Shown in pieces: positions 47,335 through 56,957 of a DNA stretch of 64,000 bases. Under the pieces are notes generated by a model. That model saw only the letters and a program-made list of their open reading frames with translations, was not told the DNA's origin and made no database searches. A program made the position numbers and the translations under genes. Position 1 is the first letter of the stretch; every line of letters starts with the position of its first letter. Origin of the DNA: an uncultured Candidatus Saccharibacteria bacterium (GTDB taxonomy: Bacteria; Patescibacteriota; Minisyncoccia; Phycocordibacterales; PALSA-1337); assembly GCA_964542675.1 (NCBI GenBank), contig CAZIUH010000002.1:98-64097 (forward strand), read 5' to 3'.

Positions 47335-47754
47335 CTAGCTTTTAACCGCCTTCGGCCTCTTATTGCCGTATTGACTGCGACCTTTTCTCCTAGCCTCCAC
47401 GCCAGCACAATCCAATACGCCACGAACGATAGAATATCGCAAACCGACATCTTTGACGCGACCGCCGCGAAGCAGAACCACAGCGTGTTCCTGTAGATTA
47501 TGCCCCATTCCCGGAACATAGGCTGTAACTTCCATACCGTTTGTTAGGCGCACGCGGGCGATTTTGCGTATAGCGGAGTTAGGTTTTTTCGGAGTCTTGG
47601 TTGTAACCTTAGTGCAAACTCCCCTCTTGAATGGCGCCGGGAAAAATATTGGACGATTTTTGATACTATTGAATGTACGCGTCAGAGCGATGGATTTTGA
47701 CTTCCTCTTGAAAAGTTTCCTATGAGTTTTCGTCAACTGATTGATTGTTGGCAT
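47335..47754 (-). CDS. rpsL: 30S ribosomal protein S12
   Basis: [13 protein letters not shown]...PKKPNSA.RK. Start taken at the internal Met. Confidence 0.92.
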   Translation of the reverse strand: MPTINQLTKTHRKLFKRKSKSIALTRTFNSIKNRPIFFPAPFKRGVCTKVTTKTPKKPNSAIRKIARVRLTNGMEVTAYVPGMGHNLQEHAVVLLRGGRVKDVGLRYSIVRGVLDCAGVEARRKGRSQYGNKRPKAVKS

Positions 47755-47996
47755 ATTATTTTTAGACGCAAGTGCGCAAGGCACAGGTACGCAGGTGGCA
47801 AGTTTGAATTCTTCACCGCTTTTAGTTTGAGTTATGGTCCTTTTTAGCCTTGAATATGATTCCCGGCTAATTCTTGACCGACCAAACGCGATTACTCATT
47901 CTTGCCCGTAAATTACATATCCCGAATAATAGTGGGACAGTGGGGATACATTAACATCTGAATAATAATAATGCAAGCCATTTAGGTTCCTTGATA

Positions 47997-48605
47997 TCAC
48001 AATCCAATCCCAGTAAACAGCTGAAACACCCAAGGAATTATCGGTGAAATAATCTGCCATAGAACGAAGACGGTAATAATAATGAAAATTGGCGCATACT
48101 GTTCCATAACAAGACGGGCTCGGCCATATTGATTCGGGAGAATTGCAAATAATAGTTTGGAGCCATCGAGAGGCGGCAGTGGAATCAGATTGAAAATCGC
48201 GAGCACGATATTGATAATAATTATATATGAGGTAATTTCAAGAAATGGAGTGATAGCCGTCACTCCTGCGGAGGCATAACGAATGAATATGCCGAAAACG
48301 AGTGCAATCAAAAGGTTGGAAACTGGACCAGCGGCGGCAATAAGAAACTCTCCCTGACGCTTATTTTTCAAATTATACGGATTGTACGGCACCGGCTTAG
48401 CCCAGCCGAATGTGAAGCCAGCGACAAGATATGTCATAAGAGGAACTATGATGGAACCGATCGGGTCAATATGTTTGAGAGGATTCAAGGTAAGCCTCCC
48501 TTCCAGACGCGCCGTCGGATCACCGAGCATATCAGCCACATAGCCATGTGAAAGCTCATGAATGATGACAGAGAGTATTAGAATGGCAATTATTGCAATA
48601 ATCAT
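47997..48605 (-). CDS. site-2 protease family (peptidase M50) membrane metalloprotease
   Basis: HELSHG HExxH motif within a TM, multi-TM. 202 aa. Confidence 0.7.
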   Translation of the reverse strand: MIIAIIAILILSVIIHELSHGYVADMLGDPTARLEGRLTLNPLKHIDPIGSIIVPLMTYLVAGFTFGWAKPVPYNPYNLKNKRQGEFLIAAAGPVSNLLIALVFGIFIRYASAGVTAITPFLEITSYIIIINIVLAIFNLIPLPPLDGSKLLFAILPNQYGRARLVMEQYAPIFIIITVFVLWQIISPIIPWVFQLFTGIGL

Positions 48606-48630
48606 ACTGTAATGATACTATACCACAACT

Positions 48631-48873
48631 ATGGCAAAAATCTGCGCGATAACAAAGAGAGGTTCAGTTTCCGGTGGTCGCTACTCGAATCGCACTCGTG
48701 CTACCCAATTCAATCCCGGTGGCACTATTCGCCGTTATCCGAATCTCCAGAAAAAGCGCATTTATATTCCAGAATTAAAAAAGACCGTGAATATTGTCGT
48801 ATCAGCGAGGGGCTTGCGCACGATAGAAAAGAACGGACCATTCAAAGCGCTCAAAAAAGCTGAGGTTATCTAG
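48631..48873 (+). CDS. rpmB: 50S ribosomal protein L28
   Basis: MAKICAITKRGSVSGGRYSNRTRATQFNPGGTIRRYPNLQKKRIY. Confidence 0.8.
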   Translation: MAKICAITKRGSVSGGRYSNRTRATQFNPGGTIRRYPNLQKKRIYIPELKKTVNIVVSARGLRTIEKNGPFKALKKAEVI

Positions 48874-49844
48874 TTTTCTATTTTTAGAAGCGAGCCGTCA
48901 GAAACAATTTTGATAATTCCTTTTTCTTTTATGTTAAATCGTCGGTTATTCATGACATAAAATAGCGGATCCAGTTTATTATTCTTGGAATTGGCGACTT
49001 TTGGACTCGAACTATTCAATGATTTTGAATATATTAAATATTTTGGCTTCAATATATCCGTTAATTCTGATGTGAGATTGTCAGGGGAGGCATTGTTGAA
49101 TACCATGAGCGCATTGACCACTCCCATCGCCGACACATTCCCTCCGCGAGCCATTAATCGCTCCGCTCCGTTAAGGCTCGCTACGGAAAGTGTCGGCTCA
49201 GGAGTGGTCAACGTTGACGCAATCGCCTTCTGGATTTTCGGCGTTACATTATTCAAAAGCATCACAGAATTATCGCCATATGAAATATTCAAGACCAATT
49301 CTGGCGAACTGGTTTTGGAATATTTGAATGATTCCGCTAATATCGGAAATAACACATCAGCAAATACTGAGTCATTCAATGATAATCGATCCCCAGCTTT
49401 CATATTCGCGATAGGAATCCCCTTCTCCTTTACCGTGTCCAAGAAAACAGAATAAATCTGATCAGTAGTCGTTGAAATACCGAGTGATTTCAATGTTATT
49501 GCTGGCAGGACGACTCTTCCAACCGGATATCTATTCAAAACATCTATGAGCCCGCTTACATTCTTGCCGACAGTGTCAGTCGCAATCACAGTGTCGATTC
49601 GGCGGGAATAGAATGGTAAAATCTTCGTAATTTCACGAATAATTCCTGAATTCGCCCCACCATTTATGAGAATGCGTTTATCATCCGGCGTGCGAATAAA
49701 AACGGCCTGACTGTTATTCAAGTCAAAAATGTATATTTCTAGAATGTGTGGCCGAGTTTCTTGTCGCCAAATATAGCCCGCAATGAAAGCCGTGACAATC
49801 ATGATCGCAACTATGTATGAAAAAGATTTTGATATGATTTTCAT
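48870..49844 (-). CDS. ComEC C-terminal MBL-like domain protein (degenerate metal-binding motif), N-terminal TM
   Basis: LEIYIFDLNNSQAVFIRTPDDKRILINGG resembles the ComEC beta-lactamase-like domain entry. It is encoded separately, immediately downstream of the ComEC core. Confidence 0.5.
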   Translation of the reverse strand: MKIISKSFSYIVAIMIVTAFIAGYIWRQETRPHILEIYIFDLNNSQAVFIRTPDDKRILINGGANSGIIREITKILPFYSRRIDTVIATDTVGKNVSGLIDVLNRYPVGRVVLPAITLKSLGISTTTDQIYSVFLDTVKEKGIPIANMKAGDRLSLNDSVFADVLFPILAESFKYSKTSSPELVLNISYGDNSVMLLNNVTPKIQKAIASTLTTPEPTLSVASLNGAERLMARGGNVSAMGVVNALMVFNNASPDNLTSELTDILKPKYLIYSKSLNSSSPKVANSKNNKLDPLFYVMNNRRFNIKEKGIIKIVSDGSLLKIEN

Positions 49845-50013
49845 TTTTGACTTTTTATTAAGATTGCACTAAACTGTCAGTAGTAAAATATCTTGTAGGT
49901 TTTGATCTTCTCTAAGAGCGGAAAGTCGGGTCGGCCGCCAGCGTTCGTTTCTAACGAATATGCCGATGGAGGGATCGTCTCATGAAAGTGAGCCGCCCGT
50001 CCTCCAGAGAAGA

Positions 50014-51393
50014 TCAAAGTTCTTGAGATATTTTTCTTTTCCTGAATCTGATGGATATGAAACTTCTAATAATCTCATTTTTCCAATAAATCATCGGAAA
50101 AATCGCATAAAACCCCACAACCCACCAGATGGAGAATTGCGGAACATAAGCGGCGGCATATGGGAGTCGCGCGAAATTTTCAACCATGAATAGTTCATAT
50201 GAGAGCAAGAGGTGTGCGACCCAACCAACGACTTGCGAAAGAGAAAGTGAAACGAAACCGATAGCACCGGTAAGAAAAACAAAGAGCATAGTGATCGGAA
50301 TAAAAGGCAGAACCAAAATATTCACCACAACCCCAATGATAGAAATCTGACCCATCATATAGAGGATAAAAGGTGATACGAAAATTTGCGTGGCGAATGT
50401 GGTAGCGATAGTGCCGCGCAAGCTGAATTTCTTGGGGATAAATATTAGACGATCTTCTAAGGGTTTTGCGAGTAGGATAAGACCGAGTGTGGCCAAGAAT
50501 GAAAGCTGGAATGAAGGGTCATGTAGAAGGATATTCGGATTCTGAATAAGCATCAGAAGCCCGGCAAATCCAAGGGCACGTACAACATTATAATCCCGAC
50601 GAATAAGATCGGCTGAAAGCGCGACGCCGGACATGAAGCATGAACGCACAACCGTCGCTCCCCCACCAACCAAGATGCCGAATGATGTTATTCCCAATCC
50701 ACCGATAATAATTCCCCAAACTCTGGGCAAGAATGAAAGCATCCGGCGTAAAGCATCGGCAACAATTGTAATATTGAAACCCGACAATACCACAATATGT
50801 ATGAGTCCGACTATTCTGAAATCGTTGAGTAGATCTTTTCCAAGCGCGGCTTTTTCCCCGACGACCAAGCCAGCCGCAAGTGCCGCATGCGGTTCACCAA
50901 GAGTAATATTGAGATTATCCACGAAACCACGCTTTAATTCGTACAATATTGATGTAATGAGATTTCCACGCGCTTCAAGTGGAATGCTAGAGACTTGCGC
51001 ACTTTTTATTTCATAGTAAATGTCATCTTTTGCCAAATAACCCTTATAATCGAACGCTTTGCCGGAATCGCTTTTGAAATTGAACGGCTCATTCAATTTT
51101 CCCGTAAATTGAACATTCTTACCATAAGTAAATCTCGGATATAGTTTCGTCTTCATTCGTACTTGAATTTCACTTGCGCAATAGATATTCCCATAATACA
51201 AATCGCCAACCGTAACCACCAAAGCCTGGCCACTTTCCGTGAAAGTGGGTTCTTCAGCTACAATTCCTGTGCCATTTACACTTTGTTTCAAACAATCGCC
51301 GATGCCGGGCGCCGTGTGAAAAAGAGAAAATACGAATCGCATAATCGCAATAGAGATAAATAATGACCAGAAAATATAGACTCCTCTTTTCAT
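50014..51393 (-). CDS. comEC: ComEC/Rec2 competence channel (DUF4131 + Competence domain)
   Basis: Multi-TM. LAAGLVVGEKAALGKDLLNDFRIVGLIHIVVLSGFNITIV is the Competence-domain signature. Confidence 0.8.
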   Translation of the reverse strand: MKRGVYIFWSLFISIAIMRFVFSLFHTAPGIGDCLKQSVNGTGIVAEEPTFTESGQALVVTVGDLYYGNIYCASEIQVRMKTKLYPRFTYGKNVQFTGKLNEPFNFKSDSGKAFDYKGYLAKDDIYYEIKSAQVSSIPLEARGNLITSILYELKRGFVDNLNITLGEPHAALAAGLVVGEKAALGKDLLNDFRIVGLIHIVVLSGFNITIVADALRRMLSFLPRVWGIIIGGLGITSFGILVGGGATVVRSCFMSGVALSADLIRRDYNVVRALGFAGLLMLIQNPNILLHDPSFQLSFLATLGLILLAKPLEDRLIFIPKKFSLRGTIATTFATQIFVSPFILYMMGQISIIGVVVNILVLPFIPITMLFVFLTGAIGFVSLSLSQVVGWVAHLLLSYELFMVENFARLPYAAAYVPQFSIWWVVGFYAIFPMIYWKNEIIRSFISIRFRKRKISQEL

Positions 51394-51512
51394 GAAGAGT
51401 CATTTTACCCATCACATGATAAAATCCCGATAAAAAAAGTATGAATTTTTGATAAAAAATGTATGAAAAAATGATAAAAAAAACCTCAAGAAAGTATGAA
51501 TTTTCTAGAAAA

Positions 51513-52202
51513 TCAAAACTCCCCGAACTTCTCTATAATCCTTTCCTCATCATTTGTATCGAGCGACTTTTTGTACCTTGCGCCTTTTGTTCCCTTCACC
51601 CGTCTCTCACATTCCTCCCAAGAATGATGCACTTTGATGATCCCACCGATTGAACTTACATATGAATACGCCTTAGTTTTCTTGCACGATTTTGTTTTCG
51701 CTTTGAATTCACTCTTTTTAATATTCAGGATGTTCGGAATCTTATAATCACTCAAATCGCCTCTGAATAGCTTCACCTTCTTTCCATCGGCAAAACCGGT
51801 CGCTATTTCATCGCATCTTTCATTACCGGAAATACCCGCATGTCCACTCACATAATTCCAATCAATAGTCCTTTCACGCGCCAAAGTATCAATTTCCATC
51901 CACAAATCCTTATTCAAGACTTCCTCGCGAGCGCGCGTCAACCAACCGTTCCTCTTCCAACCTTTCACCCATTTCGTAATACCGTTTATGAGATATGACG
52001 AATCCGTATACAAAGTGATTTCCGCTTCTTTTGATGTATGAGAAAGTACCCCGATAGCCGCGGCCATTTCCATTCTATTATTCGTCGTTTTCTTTTTTCC
52101 TCCTCCGAGTTCCAATACTTTCTTGTTATGAATCACAATTGCCCCCCAACCACCTGGCCCTGGATTACCCCGCGACGAGCCGTCTGTGAAAATTATGATC
52201 AT
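51513..52202 (-). CDS. rnhA: ribonuclease HI with C-terminal hybrid-binding-like domain
   Basis: DGSSRGNPGPGGWG, and the TNNRMEMAA...DS.Y RNase H fold motifs. The C-terminal YSYVSSIGGIIKVHHSWEECERRVKGTKGARYKK resembles the RNase H1 hybrid-binding (Cauli_VI-like) domain. Confidence 0.8.
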   Translation of the reverse strand: MIIIFTDGSSRGNPGPGGWGAIVIHNKKVLELGGGKKKTTNNRMEMAAAIGVLSHTSKEAEITLYTDSSYLINGITKWVKGWKRNGWLTRAREEVLNKDLWMEIDTLARERTIDWNYVSGHAGISGNERCDEIATGFADGKKVKLFRGDLSDYKIPNILNIKKSEFKAKTKSCKKTKAYSYVSSIGGIIKVHHSWEECERRVKGTKGARYKKSLDTNDEERIIEKFGEF

Positions 52203-53977
52203 GACTGCATAATAACTTCTACAATCCTAAGTCGCAACTCTGCCCTATTCATGAACATAGATTTTTCCAGAGACGCCACAAGATCGATTACCCTATTTCC
52301 TTCAAAATTTTTCGCCCATACGCTTTCGGCGCCGAAAAACGAAATTGCCGGAATCTTCTCACCATTTTTTTTCTTGAAAATAAGTTCAATATGATCGTTT
52401 CCTTTTCCAAATCGGCGTACCGAGACCGGCATTACATTTTTGAACAGGAAAATTGGCTTCGGATTTCCTTTCCCGAAAGGTGCCAATCTATCAATATCTT
52501 TGAATAGATTCCAATTCACTGAATCAAGCATAAGTTCCGCGTCAATATAATTTTCATCTAAATCTAATAACTGTCCAGAAATCCCTTCCCCATTCAAGTT
52601 TTTTTGATTCATAATTCTTAATTCATAATTCTTTGCAAATGCCTCATTCAAATATTTATCCAGAAAATGTATTTGCTCACCACTGACTGTGAATCCACCC
52701 GAATGCCTATGACCACCCATTTGCGTGAACACTCCTTCAGGCATCGCTTTCATGATTTCCATCATATTTGTTCGTCCTTCCGAACGGCAAGATCCCTTGA
52801 TCGCGTTATCGCCGTCACGACCCCAGAGGAATACGGGACGGTTGAATTCCTGCGCACATGTGTTGGCGACTAATCCCAATAATGACGGCCGCCAGGCGGG
52901 ATTTCCTAGAACAATCACATTCGGGGGTGAATTTATTTCAATTTCACCAAATCGTTCTTTAATAATCTTTCTTACTTCCTTGACCAGAGCCGCGACAACT
53001 CCCTTGCGTTCACTATTGATACCATCAAGATGCGTGACATAATGATTCGCATCTTCATCATTGTCGGCTGATAATAGGTTAAACGCGTCCATAGGCACGC
53101 CCATTCGAGACGCGGCATTGATACGGGGCGTTATCATAAAACCAACATCATCTTCGGTCAGATATTTCTGATTAATTCGTAATTTTTCAAGAAGTCGTTT
53201 CAAACCTTTTCTTTGACTTTTGCGTAAAACCGACATGCCGTAATACGCGAATACTCTATTTTCACCGGTAAGTGGCACCATATCCGAAAGAGTGGCGATA
53301 CCGACCATATCAAGAAACCATTTTTCATGCCCTTTTTTCAAACCAAATCGATCTTTCGCGAGAATTGCTTGAATAAGCTTGAAAGCCACGGCCGAACCAC
53401 AAATATTTTTGTCAGGATACGCGCAATTGGTTTGTTTATGATCAATAATCGCGTACGCCATTGGTAATTCAGTAGGCGGTTCATGATGGTCAGTAATTAT
53501 TACGTCCATAGTCAATTTGTTCGCACACGCGACTGCCTTCATATCGGAAATTCCGCAATCAACTGTTATCAAAATTTTTACACCCTCACTCGCCAACCGT
53601 TTAACAGCTTCCACATTCAAGCCAAAACCTTCGTCATGGCGATGCGGAATGTAAATAGAAAAATTCTTGTAACCAATTCTAGCGAAAAAGTCGTGAAAGA
53701 TGACGGCGCCGGGTATGCCATCGGCGTCATAGTCGGAATATATGGCTATTTTTTCATTACCTTTTATCGCATGAATGATTCTCCCGACAGCTTTTTCCGC
53801 GTCTTTTAATAGAAATGGATCATGGATATCGCGTTCATATTCCGGTTCCAAGAATTTGTTCGCGTCCGCGCTCGTCGTGATACCACGATGGAACAATAAA
53901 TGCGAAAGTAGTCGCGAATATCCGACCAGCTGTGCCTGCTCTTCATTCGAGAGTTGACGGTGAATCGAGTATTGCAT
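52199..53977 (-). CDS. recJ: single-stranded-DNA-specific exonuclease RecJ
   Basis: DHH motifs ([14 protein letters not shown]) and DHHA1. 592 aa. Confidence 0.85.
   Translation of the reverse strand: MQYSIHRQLSNEEQAQLVGYSRLLSHLLFHRGITTSADANKFLEPEYERDIHDPFLLKDAEKAVGRIIHAIKGNEKIAIYSDYDADGIPGAVIFHDFFARIGYKNFSIYIPHRHDEGFGLNVEAVKRLASEGVKILITVDCGISDMKAVACANKLTMDVIITDHHEPPTELPMAYAIIDHKQTNCAYPDKNICGSAVAFKLIQAILAKDRFGLKKGHEKWFLDMVGIATLSDMVPLTGENRVFAYYGMSVLRKSQRKGLKRLLEKLRINQKYLTEDDVGFMITPRINAASRMGVPMDAFNLLSADNDEDANHYVTHLDGINSERKGVVAALVKEVRKIIKERFGEIEINSPPNVIVLGNPAWRPSLLGLVANTCAQEFNRPVFLWGRDGDNAIKGSCRSEGRTNMMEIMKAMPEGVFTQMGGHRHSGGFTVSGEQIHFLDKYLNEAFAKNYELRIMNQKNLNGEGISGQLLDLDENYIDAELMLDSVNWNLFKDIDRLAPFGKGNPKPIFLFKNVMPVSVRRFGKGNDHIELIFKKKNGEKIPAISFFGAESVWAKNFEGNRVIDLVASLEKSMFMNRAELRLRIVEVIMQS
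52608..52631. repeat. GAATTAN heptamer array inside the recJ coding sequence
   Basis: TTCATAATTCTTAATTCATAATTC, translated in recJ as ...NYELRIMN... Confidence 0.6.
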
Positions 53978-54053
53978 GGAAAAAAGTATAGCACGCCCCT
54001 ATCAAAAACCAGTGAGGCCTATTTTCGCTCAATATTTGTTATATAATGGATAC

Positions 54054-54413
54054 ATGCCCGACTGCATTTTCTGTAAAATTGTCAAGGGAGAAATTCCCGC
54101 GCATATCGTCTATGAAGATGACGATTTTCTGGCTTTTCTCGATATTCATCCGCAATCTCCTGGCCACACACAGGTCATTCCGAAGAAGCATTATCGCTGG
54201 GTTTGGGACATTCCTAATACCGGCAAGTATTTCGAAATTGTTACGAAGATCGCACGAGCTCAGCAAAAAGCGTTCAATGATGAATGGGTTTTGAGCAGGA
54301 TTATTGGAGATGAAATTTCGCACGCCCATATCTGGGTTTTTCCGAACACTAAGGTTAAAGGCGACAAAAACAATTTTGAGGAGAATAAGAAGAATATTAT
54401 CACGAATTTGTAA
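54054..54413 (+). CDS. HIT family (histidine triad) hydrolase
   Basis: [13 protein letters not shown]...[15 protein letters not shown]. Start taken at MPDCIFCK. Confidence 0.85.
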   Translation: MPDCIFCKIVKGEIPAHIVYEDDDFLAFLDIHPQSPGHTQVIPKKHYRWVWDIPNTGKYFEIVTKIARAQQKAFNDEWVLSRIIGDEISHAHIWVFPNTKVKGDKNNFEENKKNIITNL

Positions 54414-54488
54414 CATTAAAAATGCTCTTGATGACTTGTAAATAAAATACGCCATCAACAATGAAGTGGTGGCGTGTTTTGTGAAGCG

Positions 54489-54779
54489 TCAGTCGTATAA
54501 TAAAATATCATCAGATGAAAGACGTTGAAACTCTTCAGCTTCCTTCGCTAGTTTTTCCTTCCATTCATTAAGACTGAAGACAATCGTTCTCAAAAGTTCG
54601 TTTCTAAACGAAATTGGCAACGCCTTGTCGGGATGTTCCTGAACGTGATATTTAATTCGCATCAACAGGTCTTCCAACACCGCAGATCTGCATCTGACGC
54701 AGTAATAGTCACTGACCACAGAAATTCCACAAATTGAGCAGGTTTTGGTCTGCTCAGCGTTATTATTGTTCATATTCAT
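54489..54779 (-). CDS. small Cys4 zinc-ribbon protein, unknown function
   Basis: CSICG...CVRCR pair near the N-terminus, followed by a helical tail. 96 aa. Confidence 0.4.
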   Translation of the reverse strand: MNMNNNNAEQTKTCSICGISVVSDYYCVRCRSAVLEDLLMRIKYHVQEHPDKALPISFRNELLRTIVFSLNEWKEKLAKEAEEFQRLSSDDILLYD

Positions 54780-54897
54780 AAAGAACCTCCATTATTTATT
54801 CTGTCTCATAGCATACTTCAATACGCAATAAAATCAACCTTAATAATTTTGCGAACTCAACGCACACATTTGATAAATCACCTGGAAGAATGACATA

Positions 54898-56037
54898 TTA
54901 CGAATTCCCCTCCAGCGCCGAAATTCCCGGCAATGTTCCTTTTGCCAAAAAATCAAGCATCGCGCCGCCACCGGTTGAAACAAAAGTGAATTTATTCTCG
55001 ATGTGAAGCTCCTCGAGAGCCGCTAACGTGTCGCCACCGCCTAAAATCGATTGAACAGTCTTATCGTCCCGCGTCGCGTCCCCTATTATTCTCGCCAATT
55101 CCAAGGTTGATCCTTTGAATCCTTCCTCGAACAAGCCGAGCGGACCGTTCCAAAGAATGAATTTCGCCTGATTGACCTTTTCTTTCAATATTCCCAATGT
55201 CGTCGGACCAGCATCTATTATCTTGTCATTTTCCGTAACATTCTCCGGCAATTTTACTTCATCTCGTTGATTTGTAATATCGACGGGAATCATCAGTTTC
55301 GCACTATTCAAAAATTCCGCAAAGTCGAAATCACCTTCGGAAACCCGTGACTGCCCTATCTCATACCCTTTCGCTTTGAAAAAATCATTGGCCAAGGCTC
55401 CGCCAACAAAGACCGTATCGGCAACATCCAAGAATTTCTCAAGTAAAGGAATTTTCGTCTCAAATTTTGCACCGCCCAATATGAAAAGAAAAGGGTGATC
55501 CGGCTTAAATGCGCGAGATAAATTTAACACCTCATTTTCGAATAGAAAACCGACATAACTTGGCAGGATGGTCGGAATACCAACAATAGAAGCATGCTCG
55601 CGATGCGAAACTGAAAAAGCTTCATTCACAAAAATATCGCCGAGAGACGCTAATTCCTCGGTAAATTTCTTGTTATTGCTTTTTTCACCTTCAGAAAAGC
55701 GCAAATTCTCCAGAAGTACACATCCACCATTTGCGATTTGATTTTCAATGATTTCGTGGGCTTTCTTCAAATCTTTTATGAAAGTCATTCCGACCATTCC
55801 CAGCATATTCATATGATCCCACACTGGTTCCAGAGTTAGATTTTGTCCGTCGGATGATTCCAAATGGCTTATTAGTATCACTTTGGCGCCTTTCTCTTGT
55901 AGGAATTTCACGGTTGGCAAAGCTGTTCGAATTCGAAAATCATCGGTAATATTTCCATTTTCCATCGGGACATTGAAATCAACGCGCATAAGTATTCGCA
56001 CGCCTTCGAAGTATTCAATGTCGCGAATCGTTTTCAT
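54898..56037 (-). CDS. pgk: phosphoglycerate kinase
   Basis: MKTIRDIEYFEGVRILMRVDFNVP..., a PGK N-terminal signature. 379 aa. Confidence 0.9.
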   Translation of the reverse strand: MKTIRDIEYFEGVRILMRVDFNVPMENGNITDDFRIRTALPTVKFLQEKGAKVILISHLESSDGQNLTLEPVWDHMNMLGMVGMTFIKDLKKAHEIIENQIANGGCVLLENLRFSEGEKSNNKKFTEELASLGDIFVNEAFSVSHREHASIVGIPTILPSYVGFLFENEVLNLSRAFKPDHPFLFILGGAKFETKIPLLEKFLDVADTVFVGGALANDFFKAKGYEIGQSRVSEGDFDFAEFLNSAKLMIPVDITNQRDEVKLPENVTENDKIIDAGPTTLGILKEKVNQAKFILWNGPLGLFEEGFKGSTLELARIIGDATRDDKTVQSILGGGDTLAALEELHIENKFTFVSTGGGAMLDFLAKGTLPGISALEGNS

Positions 56038-56149
56038 ATGACAATTATAGCAGAAACACGAGACAGGCAGGCAAGTTTTTTCAAATCCGAGTATTTATTT
56101 CACCCTTAAAAAACTCGCCTGCCTGTCTCGTGTTTCTGCGTAGACTGAA

Positions 56150-56914
56150 TCACACAGAATCAACCGCTTTCAAAAGCTCGATAAATCCCGACGCGTTCAC
56201 GCTTTCGCGACCGACCAGAAGACCATCGATTTTACCAACTGTAACAATATCCATCGCGTTTCGAAATGTCACCGAACCACCATATAGCACTTTTACCCGA
56301 AGTCCATTTTGCACGCCGTAAACATCTGAGAAAACCTTCTTGATGAAAAGGGATGTTTCATATATCTGATCCGTAAGCATCGCCTCTTGCGCGCCAATAG
56401 CCCAGATAGGTTCATAAGCAATAACAATATCCCCGGCATATTTTTTGGGAATATCGGCAAAGCTATTTTTTATCTGATTTTTCAAATCTTCGAGATATAA
56501 CCCGCCAGAATCACGCGCCGCTTCCCCAACACAAACAACGGCTATCATTCCGGAATCGAGCACAATTTTCATCTTTTTCGAGACAACCGCATCAGTATCG
56601 CCCCTCTTACGCTGTTCAGAATGTCCGACTATCACATATTCAACATCGAGATCACAAAGCATCGGCGCACTTACTTCTCCAGTAAAAGGACCGCCACCGT
56701 CTTCGGCTGAAACATTCTGAGCTCCAATATGGAAATTTTTGACAGGTTTTTTCGGCGTGCACCCGGCAATATATAGAAACGGCGGACATATGACCGCTTC
56801 AGTCTTTATGAGATCTGGTGTTAATCTTCTGACCCGTTTCGCGATTTTGCGCGCCTCTGCGAGAGTAGACGGATTCATTTTCCAATTGCCAATAATTAGT
56901 CGCTTTGAACTCAT
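56150..56914 (-). CDS. tpiA: triosephosphate isomerase
   Basis: IIGNWKMN, VGHSEQR, and the IAYEPIWAIG active-site motifs. Confidence 0.9.
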   Translation of the reverse strand: MSSKRLIIGNWKMNPSTLAEARKIAKRVRRLTPDLIKTEAVICPPFLYIAGCTPKKPVKNFHIGAQNVSAEDGGGPFTGEVSAPMLCDLDVEYVIVGHSEQRKRGDTDAVVSKKMKIVLDSGMIAVVCVGEAARDSGGLYLEDLKNQIKNSFADIPKKYAGDIVIAYEPIWAIGAQEAMLTDQIYETSLFIKKVFSDVYGVQNGLRVKVLYGGSVTFRNAMDIVTVGKIDGLLVGRESVNASGFIELLKAVDSV

Positions 56915-56957
56915 GGCGTCTATTATATCAAAAATAAGGATATATAACCTCCCGATT

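Noticed and set aside
49900-50020. RNase P RNA suggested by the GGAAAGTCGGG motif resembling the P4 strand AGGAAAGUCCGGGC
   Set aside because: The available non-coding space (about 170 nt) is half the size of a bacterial RNase P RNA, and the second P4 strand and other universally conserved regions are not evident. It is kept only as an unclassified structured element.
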